DNA of 43,967 bases from Thermoplasmatota archaeon (GCA_049472235.1 JBLIRI010000003.1:1-43967); one strand, 5' to 3'; counted from the first letter of the stretch, positions 26,606-35,293 are shown. Notes: generated by a model not told the origin, from the letters alone. A program made the numbers and translations.

Positions 26606-27262
26606 TCACCGTCCTAGAAATTTCCCGATCAAACCGGGTAGGAGGCCCAGGTCAGGGGTGGAAATGACGTTGTCGGCAGCCTCGGAAACCTTCAGGACCT
26701 CGGGTCTGAAGGCGATGGAAAGGTCGGAGAGTTCGAACATCGAGATGTCAACGATGGAATCACCCACAACAACCACGGGTCCTAGACCGTCGTTCTCCGA
26801 TATTATGGACCGCAGGACCGATCCCTTGTCCATCAACGGAACCCGCAGTATGCCTTCCCCCGTAAGGTTCCCATCGGGGTCGGTCGCAAGGCCGTTTGCC
26901 GATACGTGGCTGAATCCACCTTTCTTCCCGAGCCTGTGGGCGAGAATGTCCAATCCCCCGCTGACTATTGCGAGGGTTGCCCCCCAATCCCTCAGTTGGT
27001 CCATGCATCCCATGAACCCGTCCATGAGGGTCGCCTTCTCGAGGATGATTTCTATCTCGGAAGACCTCGTGACCCTCTTTCTCATCCAAAGGTCGATGTC
27101 CCGCCTCATGAACTCCAGATCGTCGATCTCGCCCTTCATGTAGGCCGCAAACGAATCCTCGTTGGAGGTTCCCAGTTTTTCGTGAACGAGCCTCCAGGAG
27201 CTCCTTTCATGGATGAGGACGCCATCCATATCGAACACAACGAGAGGTTTGCGATGATCCAT
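26606..27262 (-). CDS. HAD-IB hydrolase, phosphoserine phosphatase-like (~218 aa)
   Basis: VVFDMDGVL motif I, IVSGG motif II, DKG, VGDSIVD motif IV; true start ATG 27262, since the longer ORF runs into the SRP RNA. Confidence 0.88.
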   Translation of the reverse strand: MDHRKPLVVFDMDGVLIHERSSWRLVHEKLGTSNEDSFAAYMKGEIDDLEFMRRDIDLWMRKRVTRSSEIEIILEKATLMDGFMGCMDQLRDWGATLAIVSGGLDILAHRLGKKGGFSHVSANGLATDPDGNLTGEGILRVPLMDKGSVLRSIISENDGLGPVVVVGDSIVDISMFELSDLSIAFRPEVLKVSEAADNVISTPDLGLLPGLIGKFLGR

Positions 27263-27301
27263 GGTCCTACCGGCCAAAACAACGGGAACCAGGCCGGCAC
27301 G

Positions 27302-27615
27302 GGTGGACGCCCTGGTCCGCCGCCGGTAACTCCTCGTGACTCCTCCGTCCCGGCTCCCAACGAGCGTTGGGAGTCTACGGTTAGGCTGCTCCCTTCCGGG
27401 CCTGACCCGGTACCCATAGTCAGGACATCGATACGGCCCTCCGGCCGCACCTGGTGTCTCCTCCAACCCCGAGGGACGTTACTTCATCGTCGTCTCTCGG
27501 ACCGGCGGTGTACTGGTTGCGCCGCCCCATGTCTGTCGTCCCGCTGTAGACCGTATTGCGGCGCGCCGTTAAGCGCGAGGGAGGGCCTAGCTCCCCGACC
27601 TAGCCTGGCGTCCCC
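27302..27615 (-). ncRNA. ffs: Archaeal signal recognition particle (7S) RNA
   Basis: Minus strand contains the helix 8 signature CCGGGUCAGGCCCGGAAGGGAGCAGCCUAACC; terminal helix GGACGCC (5') pairs with GGCGUCC (3'); helix 6 GCGGCC-GGAG-GGCCGU; ~310 nt; TATA box just upstream. Confidence 0.93.
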
Positions 27616-27630
27616 CGTAGGATATCATGA

Positions 27631-27645
27631 TTATATAGCTTTTGG
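27631..27645 (-). promoter_or_regulatory. BRE/TATA promoter of the SRP RNA
   Basis: Minus strand CCAAAAGCTATATAA immediately upstream of the RNA 5' helix. Confidence 0.7.
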
Positions 27646-27819
27646 CCGCTCGCGTTCAAGCGGGCCTGCAGAGCGGGGTCGACAGGTCCCCCGTTCTCAT
27701 CCACTGGCACCTCGTTTTTCAATGTGGAGATAATCCCTGTCACTGATTCTAATTACCGACATTACCCTAGATAAGGTTTTATAATTCCAACAACCTCAAG
27801 AAAAAGAGGAGGAAGGAAA

Positions 27820-28254
27820 ATGGCCGATGACGGGGGCGAGAACGACACTTCCAATTTTGAGAACATGAGCATCCGGGAGTTCGATATCACGGATGAGTTC
27901 ACTGCCGTGGAAAAGACCACACCATGCAGGGACCTGGCTAAGAAGCTCCTGGAGGTCCCAAGGGGGGCGATCTTCCTTCTGGACGACGAAGGGATACCCG
28001 TGGGCGCGGTAACTGCAAGGGAGTTCCTCATAGCAACGGCCAAGGGCATGGAGGTCCAGGACAAGACCGCCGAGGACCTCATGAACACCAATATCATGGA
28101 GATAGGCGTCGAGGACAATATCTCCGAGGTTCTCCTCAAGATATCCAAGTACGCTCCGTATGCCGTGGTGGTCAAGGACAAGGACGGCAAGTTCGTGGGT
28201 TATTTCTCACCCAAGGACTACCACGAGGCCCTCCAGAAGACCGGCGTTATCTGA
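27820..28254 (+). CDS. CBS-domain pair protein
   Basis: LLDDEGIPVGAVTAREF and VVKDKDGKFVGYFSPKD CBS motifs; GGAGG RBS. Confidence 0.88.
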   Translation: MADDGGENDTSNFENMSIREFDITDEFTAVEKTTPCRDLAKKLLEVPRGAIFLLDDEGIPVGAVTAREFLIATAKGMEVQDKTAEDLMNTNIMEIGVEDNISEVLLKISKYAPYAVVVKDKDGKFVGYFSPKDYHEALQKTGVI

Positions 28255-28472
28255 CAAGGCCATATTATTCCGGTCGGATAGGCCTGTTCAGGCTTGATCA
28301 TTACAGGTATATGGCCATTTTCAATTCTCGATGATCGTTTCAGGATATTTCAGCTCAAGGACCGAACGATATGGTGTTCTGCCTCCGAACGGACCGATCT
28401 CGGCATTGACCTTAAAAAACAAATAATGAGAAATTCATCAATATCGATCATGGGGGATCGAAATTGAACGAC

Positions 28473-28961
28473 ATGTCTATGATCAGAAAAGCCGCCAATA
28501 CTTCGATATTGCTTTTCATCCTCTGTTTTGCCGCTCTCATTCCAGGATGCTACAAACCCGATACCCCCGATTATGAGTATTGCGAGTTCATCCTTGTAAT
28601 GGACAAGGTCGATTCCAGAACAACTGCCGGGAATGAGACCGTTTGGGATGCGTATTTCACGATAGATGCGATCGAGCCGGCGGATTATCAACCCGAATGG
28701 ACGAAAATAGAGATCCAGGTGTTCCGCGGCGGTGAATGGGGGGGACATATCGGCATAAAGGAAGTGAAGAAGTTCAATTTCACTCCGGGGGACGAACCCG
28801 AGGTATGGTATGAGGACCTCACAGGTCAGCCTGCGATAGCTGAAGTACTTGATTCCTTTATAATAACCGGAATGAGTGAGAGCTTTGAGGGGGGAAGGTT
28901 CATCGTCTACTACGATGAGAGCAAGGCCTGCGAGTTCGGGCTCCCTGTCGATCTCACATAG
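28473..28961 (+). CDS. Putative lipoprotein (~162 aa), beta-rich
   Basis: Basic N-terminus, hydrophobic stretch, then LIPGC lipobox-like motif; visibly AT-richer codons than neighbours. Confidence 0.7.
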   Translation: MSMIRKAANTSILLFILCFAALIPGCYKPDTPDYEYCEFILVMDKVDSRTTAGNETVWDAYFTIDAIEPADYQPEWTKIEIQVFRGGEWGGHIGIKEVKKFNFTPGDEPEVWYEDLTGQPAIAEVLDSFIITGMSESFEGGRFIVYYDESKACEFGLPVDLT

Positions 28962-29027
28962 TTCGACCAGATCTCCACGCTGTACGATATACAATGAAAC
29001 ATTTTGAAAGCGATCCGGATCGTACCT

Positions 29028-29069
29028 TCATGAGAAGATCAGGAAAAGCGCTGCCACCAGGTTTCCGAT
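29028..29069 (-). pseudogene. Displaced duplicate of the last 14 codons of the prepilin peptidase gene (att-like direct repeat)
   Basis: 35/42 identity to 30011-30052 with a perfect 17-bp core AGGAAAAGCGCTGCCAC; encodes IGNLVAALFLIFS* versus IGNIVAALFLLFS*. Confidence 0.85.
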
Positions 29070-29232
29070 GAGCTGTACGGACCTCCCTGAAAAAAAATCG
29101 GGGACGGGGGTCGATATAGTTATGAGAACTATGGCTCAGATCCGCTTATTGGATATACTCTTGGGGATAATGGCCATAAGACCATCGGACCTTCCCTAAT
29201 TTGCCAGCGATCGGTATCGATCAGAAATAATA

Positions 29233-29376
29233 TCAAGAGTTCTTTTTAAAAAGATCATGATGCTTTTTTCTCACTCTTGCAAGTTCTTTCTTCTCCAGAG
29301 AGATATCATCTTGATACCTTTTGGACAGTTCGGCTCTGACCTTCCTCTGGAACGCAACGCAGTCAAAATTGGTCAT
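29233..29376 (-). CDS. Small basic protein (47 aa), putative antitoxin or partner of the PIN protein
   Basis: Read manually: MTNFDCVAFQRKVRAELSKRYQDDISLEKKELARVRKKHHDLFKKNS; GGAGGT RBS; overlaps the PIN stop; FDxVxxxRxxRxxLS pattern recalled from small genes downstream of this PIN subfamily. Confidence 0.72.
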   Translation of the reverse strand: MTNFDCVAFQRKVRAELSKRYQDDISLEKKELARVRKKHHDLFKKNS

Positions 29377-29824
29377 CCAATACCTCCATAGGGGTCCGTA
29401 TTTCGATCATCTGATATCCCATCTTGAGATTGATAGCGTTGTAATACCTGATCCTTTTATAATTGACTACATGTTTGAAGTTCCATGATACCAATAGATC
29501 AACCCTGTTGATAGTACCAATGGCGATATGCTGTGCATCCGCAAGGGATCCCTTGCCCAGAACACCTTCTGCCATATATTCCCCGGCGAGGCCAATGGCG
29601 TCATCGCTCAATGTCACGAATTCGATCCACTTATCAGCGATTTCCTTGTAGCTATTCTTGATCTTGGGAGGTGCTTCTTCGAGTTCTTTGATGGTCAGAT
29701 CGGAAATCACCGCGATCTTCTTTCCTTTTTTAAATTCTTCGAACAATCTCAATGAAGGTTCGGAGAATTCCTTATCGAAGCATCCTCCGATCACCGAAGT
29801 ATCCACGTAGGTTCTGTATTTCAC
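29363..29824 (-). CDS. PIN-domain (VapC-like) nuclease toxin (~153 aa)
   Basis: YVDTSVIGGCFD, ISDLTIKEL, DAQHIAIG, LVSWNFKH acidic PIN motifs; likely start GTG 29824. Confidence 0.9.
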   Translation of the reverse strand: MKYRTYVDTSVIGGCFDKEFSEPSLRLFEEFKKGKKIAVISDLTIKELEEAPPKIKNSYKEIADKWIEFVTLSDDAIGLAGEYMAEGVLGKGSLADAQHIAIGTINRVDLLVSWNFKHVVNYKRIRYYNAINLKMGYQMIEIRTPMEVLDDQF

Positions 29825-30010
29825 GAAGAAGAATACGGCTATGACCATAATAACATTTTGATGACCCATTTGATACCATCGATTTGAGAATTCTTCTCTT
29901 GAAGTGAACACATCCTTTGCAAACGTGAGAAGAGGTAGGGCATAAAGGTATTGAGATAACAAATGGGGCCGGGGATCCCCTTCGAATGGGTATCGATCAG
30001 CTGGAAGAGT

Positions 30011-30937
30011 TCACGAGAACAAGAGGAAAAGCGCTGCCACAATGTTCCCGATCACCATGTGGATGACGAAACCAGCAGTAAGCGATAGTATGAAAGGTAT
30101 CTTCGGGCTCACCCTCACCCTTTTCACCCCGTCTTTCCACAGTCTTTTGATCAGTTTCTCCGTGGGATCCTTCTTCTCCTTCTTCCCGTCCTTTTCGATA
30201 ACCACCCACACATGGGCCCCCTTGAGGTCGTCGACGTTCATATTGTAACCTGTGAAGGAATAGAGCGAGAACTCCCCCTTGATGATGTTCCGTACGGGGA
30301 GTATGATGAACATGGCCAGTGCCGTCACAACTGCGGCATTGAAAAGGACCGACAGGGAAACCGGGAATATCCTTGCCATTGCGGGAATGTCCCCCAGTAT
30401 CTCGTAGAACGGTCCTGTCTGGAACGGGATGTCGAGCACATACCACGGGAACAGGGCCGATAACGCTATCAGGCATTTCGCATCCGCCCCTCCGTGGATT
30501 ATCCTCGTTCCCCCTATCGGTACGGAATAGAGGGCGAAGTAGATCAGCATGAACACGAAGGATACCCCTATCTCCACGAAAAGCTCCCTGTCCCCAAGGA
30601 AGAATGCGAGGAGCCCACCGGCAGCTGCTGCCAGATAGAACAGGAAGAAGAATATGTCAACGAGCTTTCCCTTCAACGCTTCCTTCAGCTCCGGGTATCC
30701 GTAGAGGACGAAGAGTATGCCCGCAAGCGGGAGCAGGAGAGAAAGGAAGCTGATCGGGCTCTCGTCCGCCCCCCTAAGGTACATCTCCCATACTGTAAGG
30801 GGCCCCGCCCCGAGCACCATGAGCAGCCAGAACCTGTCCGGAATCCGCCGGTATTTCAGGTCCATGATGGAGCTGCCCGCAAGGGTGATGAGAACCGCGG
30901 CCATCTTTGCCGCCGAGATCATCTGGAGGGTCTCCAT
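30011..30937 (-). CDS. flaK: Prepilin/preflagellin peptidase (A24, FlaK/PibD type)
   Basis: SIMDLKYRRIPD and GGADAKCL catalytic aspartates, multi-TM, C-terminal VRVSPKIPFI; ATG 30937 with GAGGTG RBS. Confidence 0.9.
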   Translation of the reverse strand: METLQMISAAKMAAVLITLAGSSIMDLKYRRIPDRFWLLMVLGAGPLTVWEMYLRGADESPISFLSLLLPLAGILFVLYGYPELKEALKGKLVDIFFFLFYLAAAAGGLLAFFLGDRELFVEIGVSFVFMLIYFALYSVPIGGTRIIHGGADAKCLIALSALFPWYVLDIPFQTGPFYEILGDIPAMARIFPVSLSVLFNAAVVTALAMFIILPVRNIIKGEFSLYSFTGYNMNVDDLKGAHVWVVIEKDGKKEKKDPTEKLIKRLWKDGVKRVRVSPKIPFILSLTAGFVIHMVIGNIVAALFLLFS

Positions 30938-30948
30938 CAACCGCCACC

Positions 30949-31647
30949 TCATTCTCCTTCGAGCATCTCAATGGCTTTTTTCCGTATTATCCTGGCCTGT
31001 GTCGGATTGATCCCATCTATGGAGGAAATGTCCCCGACACCTGCTCTTGCAATCTTTTCAACGGTATCATAACCGCCATCTATCAGCAGCCTCGCCCTCT
31101 CCTGGGGGATGCCGACCTCCTTTGTCAGCAGGAGTATCCTTCTGGTATCGTCCCTGTAATCGCTGACATCCTTCACGCCCCTTTCACGGATCTTCTTGAG
31201 GACGTCCATGGTGGGGGTCGTCGCCTGGGGCGAGCTCCAGTCGGTATTCTCTCCATCGAACTTCACGGAAACGGCTCCGGCTGCTTGACCTTCCTTGGCC
31301 TTCTCCCCCTCGATCATCTCCAGCTCGGCCCCCTCCTCGGAGAGCTTGACCGCCGTGCCCATAAGGAGCATTTCAGGGTTTCCCGCCGCGTCCCTGGAGA
31401 GCTTTCCTTCGACCTTGACGACGGCATCCCCTCCAAGTTTCTCCCCGGAAGACCTCAAACCGCTCTCGGCCGCCCTAAAGAGCGCCTCGAAATCCTCGGA
31501 AGCATCCTTCCACGGGGTCTCCTCCCCATTCAGATCAAGTACTGGCTTGCCCCTTTTCCCCTTCTTCACTGAGGCATATCCGTAGGCTATGCCAAGGGTG
31601 CTCTCGATCCTTCGGCCCGGGATGATGTTCAGGTTGGTCAGTATCAA
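30949..31647 (-). CDS. YbjQ/UPF0145-like domain fused to a C-terminal helix-hairpin-helix domain
   Basis: MILTNLNIIPGRRIESTLGIAYG...GEKLGGDAVVKV...MGTAVK (YbjQ-like); LIDGGYDTVEKIARA...IDGINPTQARII (HHH_5-like). Confidence 0.78.
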   Translation of the reverse strand: MILTNLNIIPGRRIESTLGIAYGYASVKKGKRGKPVLDLNGEETPWKDASEDFEALFRAAESGLRSSGEKLGGDAVVKVEGKLSRDAAGNPEMLLMGTAVKLSEEGAELEMIEGEKAKEGQAAGAVSVKFDGENTDWSSPQATTPTMDVLKKIRERGVKDVSDYRDDTRRILLLTKEVGIPQERARLLIDGGYDTVEKIARAGVGDISSIDGINPTQARIIRKKAIEMLEGE

Positions 31648-31742
31648 GGATCCCCCTCCGGAACCTGTCCCCTACACCGATTATGAAGATAAATCACTTT
31701 TCCAGGTGAACTCCTGTCATGCGGGGCTGGGCGGGGAAGGGA

Positions 31743-34700
31743 TCAAGCCTTCGTCTTGCCCATGACCTTGTTAAGTATGGGGATCTCCTGCCCTTTTCTC
31801 TGTTTGTAGAAGACATAGGCGCCGGCTCCGATGATCCCCGCCACCGCCAGGAAGACCAGTATGTCCCAGAACAGTCCGGTGTTGGTCGCGTGGGGATGGT
31901 CCTTCGCCCCGAACGGGGCATGCCCCCCTATCACGGTCCCCTTCTCCAGGGACGCCGGCTCCGGCCAGTCGTTCTTGGGCGAGTAGACCTTGAGGTCGGG
32001 ATCGCCGTAGTAAACAAGGTTCTCGAATATATCCCACCACCATCCGTCCACGAGATATTGGATGCCCACGTGAGAGATCCCCCTCTCGAAGGCGTCCCCG
32101 ATGGTCCTTCCGTAGTAGATGTCCCTCACGAACATGTTCATGGCGAACGCGGAGTACCAGGAGGTAAGCCATGGGTCAATGACCTGGAAAATGGAGCCGT
32201 GCCTCACGAGCATCAGATGAAGATAGGTGTTCGCGATGAGGCAGCTGCCCGCGGAGAATCCCATGGAATGCAGGTTCTCGAGAGCCTTGTCCATTTCCAG
32301 ACCGTTCTCGCTGTATTCCGTCTGACCCTGCTGGGCGATGGCGATGATGACGCCGTCGTGCCTTTCGGGAATGATCCCGATATCCGTCGGAGGTCCGAAT
32401 CCCGGGGTGATATCAAGACCCACGTGCTTGGACATTGTGACCACGTCCGGATCGTCGGTGGCGCCCCTCAGAAGCATGGTGGAGGTCCCGGTGGGTATCC
32501 CCGCTTCCTCGTAGCGTCTCCAGGGATTCGCCTCCTGCGCCCCCCTCTCGTCCCACCATCCGATCACCCCTGAATAGGTGTGCCCACCGTGCATGACCTC
32601 GAGCCACATTATCGTCCCTCTATTGAGGTTCTCCATGGTGGCTTCGAAGGTGGTGGAATAGACGCTGTCATATCCGCACGCTTCCACGTAGGCAGGAATG
32701 ATCTCGGAGGAATCGAGGTCGGGGTACCTGCCTTCGGGATCTATCCCGTCGGGATCTGTGCTGGCATCGGACATGTCGAAGTACGGGGTGATCCCCGTCC
32801 TCGTCGTATAGGGGCATCCCCAGTATTCGGATGCCTGTTCATTGAACTTGTACTGGTAGGAGACCCACGACATCGTGACAGGGAAATCGACCTCCTCCTC
32901 CCTCTCTTCCGTCTCGATGATCAGTCTGCCCGATAGCCCCCTGGTGGATTCCGATCCCTGTATCCTCATGCCTCCGGTCTCGTCGAGGGATTTGTCAACG
33001 GCGGGGTTCGCATAGATCAGTTTAGGATAGAGTCCGTTGCGGGAGATCCATACGGAGGTGTCGACCGGGGTCCCCATTATCCTTCCGGAATCCGCCCCGC
33101 CTACGAGGCCCCTGTCCCAGGACGATCCGATGTCGAACTGATCGGCGACCGTTATGATGCTCTCCTTGTGCTTTCCCTCCTCGTTAGTGGGGGTCTTCTT
33201 GTCGAACCCGTACCTGTCGAGGACCTTGTAAGTGTTCTTGGCCGTTAGCACCATGCAGGCCACCGAGGGGGGGGCCCTTCCGTGGTGGTAGGCGTAGACC
33301 CAGAACACGTTATGCCATGCCTGGGCGCAGGAGAGCTCGGAGTGGATGTCGGTGACGAATACCGGTGCCCCGTGATATGCGGCGGCAAGGGCGGCGGGCC
33401 CTACGAAAAGGGCCCCCGGGTACTCCGCTCTGGGGTTCTGGGTCGTGTCCCTTCCCAGATTGACATACCAGGAGGTCCAGGGGTTGATCGTGGTGAAGAC
33501 CACATCGCCGGGCCTGTTGCTGTCGTATTCCACGAGGTCCTTTACCTTTTTGTAGACCGAATCCACGGTGGTCAGCTTCTCGACCTTTATCTCTGACCTG
33601 ATGAAGCCCCTCAAGGACCCGATGTCGCTGTAGACGTCCTTCCTTGCATGGGAGTCGATGTCCACGACGATCACCTTCTTCACTCCAAGGGTGTTGAGCG
33701 CCTTTCCGGTCCTGTCCGACAGCCCCCCGCGCTGGGTGAACATGAGCGGTGCGTTGAGGGAGGATGCGATCACGGCGGCGTTGGCGGCCCCCGCCCAGCT
33801 CGTGCCTTCCCAGAGCTCCTTCTTCTGCTTGAACTCGTACTTCACAGTGAAATCGGTCCCGGATCCCGCGAGGTTGACGACCGATATCTGGTATTCCCCC
33901 TGTCCAAGCTCGGGGACCTCTAGGACCTGTGTGTTCCCCGAGGTCGCGTCTGCGGCAACTGCGATCTCGGCCCCCTCCGGGCCCCTGAGGATAAGCCCCA
34001 GGTCCGCGCTGCCGTCCGACCATTCCAGGGTGAACTTCGCATCCCTGCAGTAGAACGGGGTCTCTATCCTGGTAGGGACATCGATCCCCGGATAGAGCGT
34101 GTAATCTATGGTGTAGGTGACCTCGGAACCGAAGGGCGCTTCGGGTGCCAGACCCTTTTCGGCCCTGTCGGCCATTATCTGCCTGATCCTTGTCTCCTTC
34201 CATTCCTGGCGCTCGCTCGGAGTGACCTCGGACGGCAGCGGAACCGATGACCAGCTGTCGGGCTCGTCCTGATGTACGAGGGAGTTCTCCGTGGGCATGT
34301 AGGTGACCGCGAACTCCCAGTCCCCGGAGTGGTAGATATATGAATCTATCTCCTCCGAAGCACCCTCGAGGACGTTCCACTTCTCGCTGGCCCCGACCAT
34401 TCCGAGCTGCATGTCGTAGAGCTGCAGGTCGGGGTCCTTCCCCCTCTCGGTGATCTCCGAGAGCGGGTTCCAATCCTGGCCCCAGGTAAGCTGGGATGTT
34501 ATGTACTTGTAGTCCGGCTCGATGGTGAAACTGTGTGTATTTGGGTCCACCGGAGAAGGCTCCTTCGTGCCTGAGACGGACCCGGACCTTGGTGCCGAGT
34601 TCGGTGTCGTCCCCGAGAGCTGTCCTTCCGACCTCTCGTCCATCTCCTTGGGATCCTCGTTTATTACGGCTATGACCGCTGTGTCGGACCATTCCCAGTT

Positions 34701-35201
34701 CATTAGTGCGATATCGGCTGCGGCGGCGGTAGGATCGTTGTATTCGATCATCTCCACGTCGGAGGACCTCCAGGCATTCCCGAGGTCCCCCGGGGGGTTC
34801 CCCTTGAAGCCGATGAGCTCCATCCGGTCAAGCTCCCCGTCGGCCACGGTCATGAGGTCCTCCATCAGGTAGGAGATACCCGGATAGGTGTTGAGGACCT
34901 TCTCCTCGTCGGAGGTCTCTCTAGGGGGTTCATAGAAGATGACCGGGTTCATGAAGACCCTGTTGTCGGCCTCTGACCTGAACACGGATGCAGGCACAGC
35001 GGCCAGGAAGGCGAGATCATCCTCGATGCCTTCCCTGTCGTGGTTGACTATCGTGACCTTGTCTATCGAGGTCATATCCTCATAGGAGACGGATTCATAA
35101 CCGGCAGGCAGCCTGGGCTCTGCAGCCTCTCCCGAGTAGGCATAAAGCGGGGACAGCACTATCAGGGCGGCCATTGCAAAGAGAAGCAGCCTCCAGTTCA
35201 T
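31743..35201 (-). CDS. Large secreted, membrane-anchored protein with a C25 (gingipain-like, clan CD) peptidase-type C-terminal domain and CWB2-like motifs
   Basis: Signal peptide MNWRLLLFAMAALIVLSPLYA; EVMHGG and FSAGSCLIA candidate His/Cys dyad; YYGDPDL end motif; AAVIASSLNAPLMFT and AALAAAYHGAPVFVT motifs; C-terminal TM. Start 35201 or 35216. Confidence 0.72.
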   Translation of the reverse strand: MNWRLLLFAMAALIVLSPLYAYSGEAAEPRLPAGYESVSYEDMTSIDKVTIVNHDREGIEDDLAFLAAVPASVFRSEADNRVFMNPVIFYEPPRETSDEEKVLNTYPGISYLMEDLMTVADGELDRMELIGFKGNPPGDLGNAWRSSDVEMIEYNDPTAAAADIALMNWEWSDTAVIAVINEDPKEMDERSEGQLSGTTPNSAPRSGSVSGTKEPSPVDPNTHSFTIEPDYKYITSQLTWGQDWNPLSEITERGKDPDLQLYDMQLGMVGASEKWNVLEGASEEIDSYIYHSGDWEFAVTYMPTENSLVHQDEPDSWSSVPLPSEVTPSERQEWKETRIRQIMADRAEKGLAPEAPFGSEVTYTIDYTLYPGIDVPTRIETPFYCRDAKFTLEWSDGSADLGLILRGPEGAEIAVAADATSGNTQVLEVPELGQGEYQISVVNLAGSGTDFTVKYEFKQKKELWEGTSWAGAANAAVIASSLNAPLMFTQRGGLSDRTGKALNTLGVKKVIVVDIDSHARKDVYSDIGSLRGFIRSEIKVEKLTTVDSVYKKVKDLVEYDSNRPGDVVFTTINPWTSWYVNLGRDTTQNPRAEYPGALFVGPAALAAAYHGAPVFVTDIHSELSCAQAWHNVFWVYAYHHGRAPPSVACMVLTAKNTYKVLDRYGFDKKTPTNEEGKHKESIITVADQFDIGSSWDRGLVGGADSGRIMGTPVDTSVWISRNGLYPKLIYANPAVDKSLDETGGMRIQGSESTRGLSGRLIIETEEREEEVDFPVTMSWVSYQYKFNEQASEYWGCPYTTRTGITPYFDMSDASTDPDGIDPEGRYPDLDSSEIIPAYVEACGYDSVYSTTFEATMENLNRGTIMWLEVMHGGHTYSGVIGWWDERGAQEANPWRRYEEAGIPTGTSTMLLRGATDDPDVVTMSKHVGLDITPGFGPPTDIGIIPERHDGVIIAIAQQGQTEYSENGLEMDKALENLHSMGFSAGSCLIANTYLHLMLVRHGSIFQVIDPWLTSWYSAFAMNMFVRDIYYGRTIGDAFERGISHVGIQYLVDGWWWDIFENLVYYGDPDLKVYSPKNDWPEPASLEKGTVIGGHAPFGAKDHPHATNTGLFWDILVFLAVAGIIGAGAYVFYKQRKGQEIPILNKVMGKTKA

Positions 35202-35293
35202 TGTGTTCGATCGCATTGATACCACCGATGCCGAACAGAAGACCCCGATCGGGTCCAAGGGCCTATATTGACCTGGCCATTATATATACTGTG

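Larger units (their letters stand above)
29028..30052. mobile_element. ~1 kb inserted islet carrying a PIN toxin-partner pair, bounded by 42-bp imperfect direct repeats
   Basis: Direct repeats at 29028-29069 and 30011-30052; AT-richer interior; no recombinase gene inside. Confidence 0.65.

Noticed and set aside
27302-27615. Possible RNase P RNA or novel ncRNA
   Set aside because: The helix 8 signature and terminal helix identify it as SRP RNA; RNase P P4 motifs were not seen.
26906-27733. ORFs of 275, 104 and the N-terminal extension of the 286-aa ORF across the structured region
   Set aside because: The region is explained by the SRP RNA and the HAD gene starting at 27262; the translations have no protein-like motifs.
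29110-29175. dif/Xer-like site (ATTGGATATAC; ATAGTT-N5-AACTAT) inside the islet
   Set aside because: Only one arm resembles an archaeal dif site and the palindrome is only 6 bp per arm; insufficient to call.
29825-29962. 46-aa N-terminal extension of the PIN ORF
   Set aside because: The PIN fold begins at YVDTS right after GTG 29824; the extension is AT-rich promoter-like sequence.
33310-34692. 460-aa alternative-frame ORF inside the peptidase gene
   Set aside because: Arg/Gly-rich off-frame translation typical of GC-rich DNA; fully nested in a better-supported CDS.
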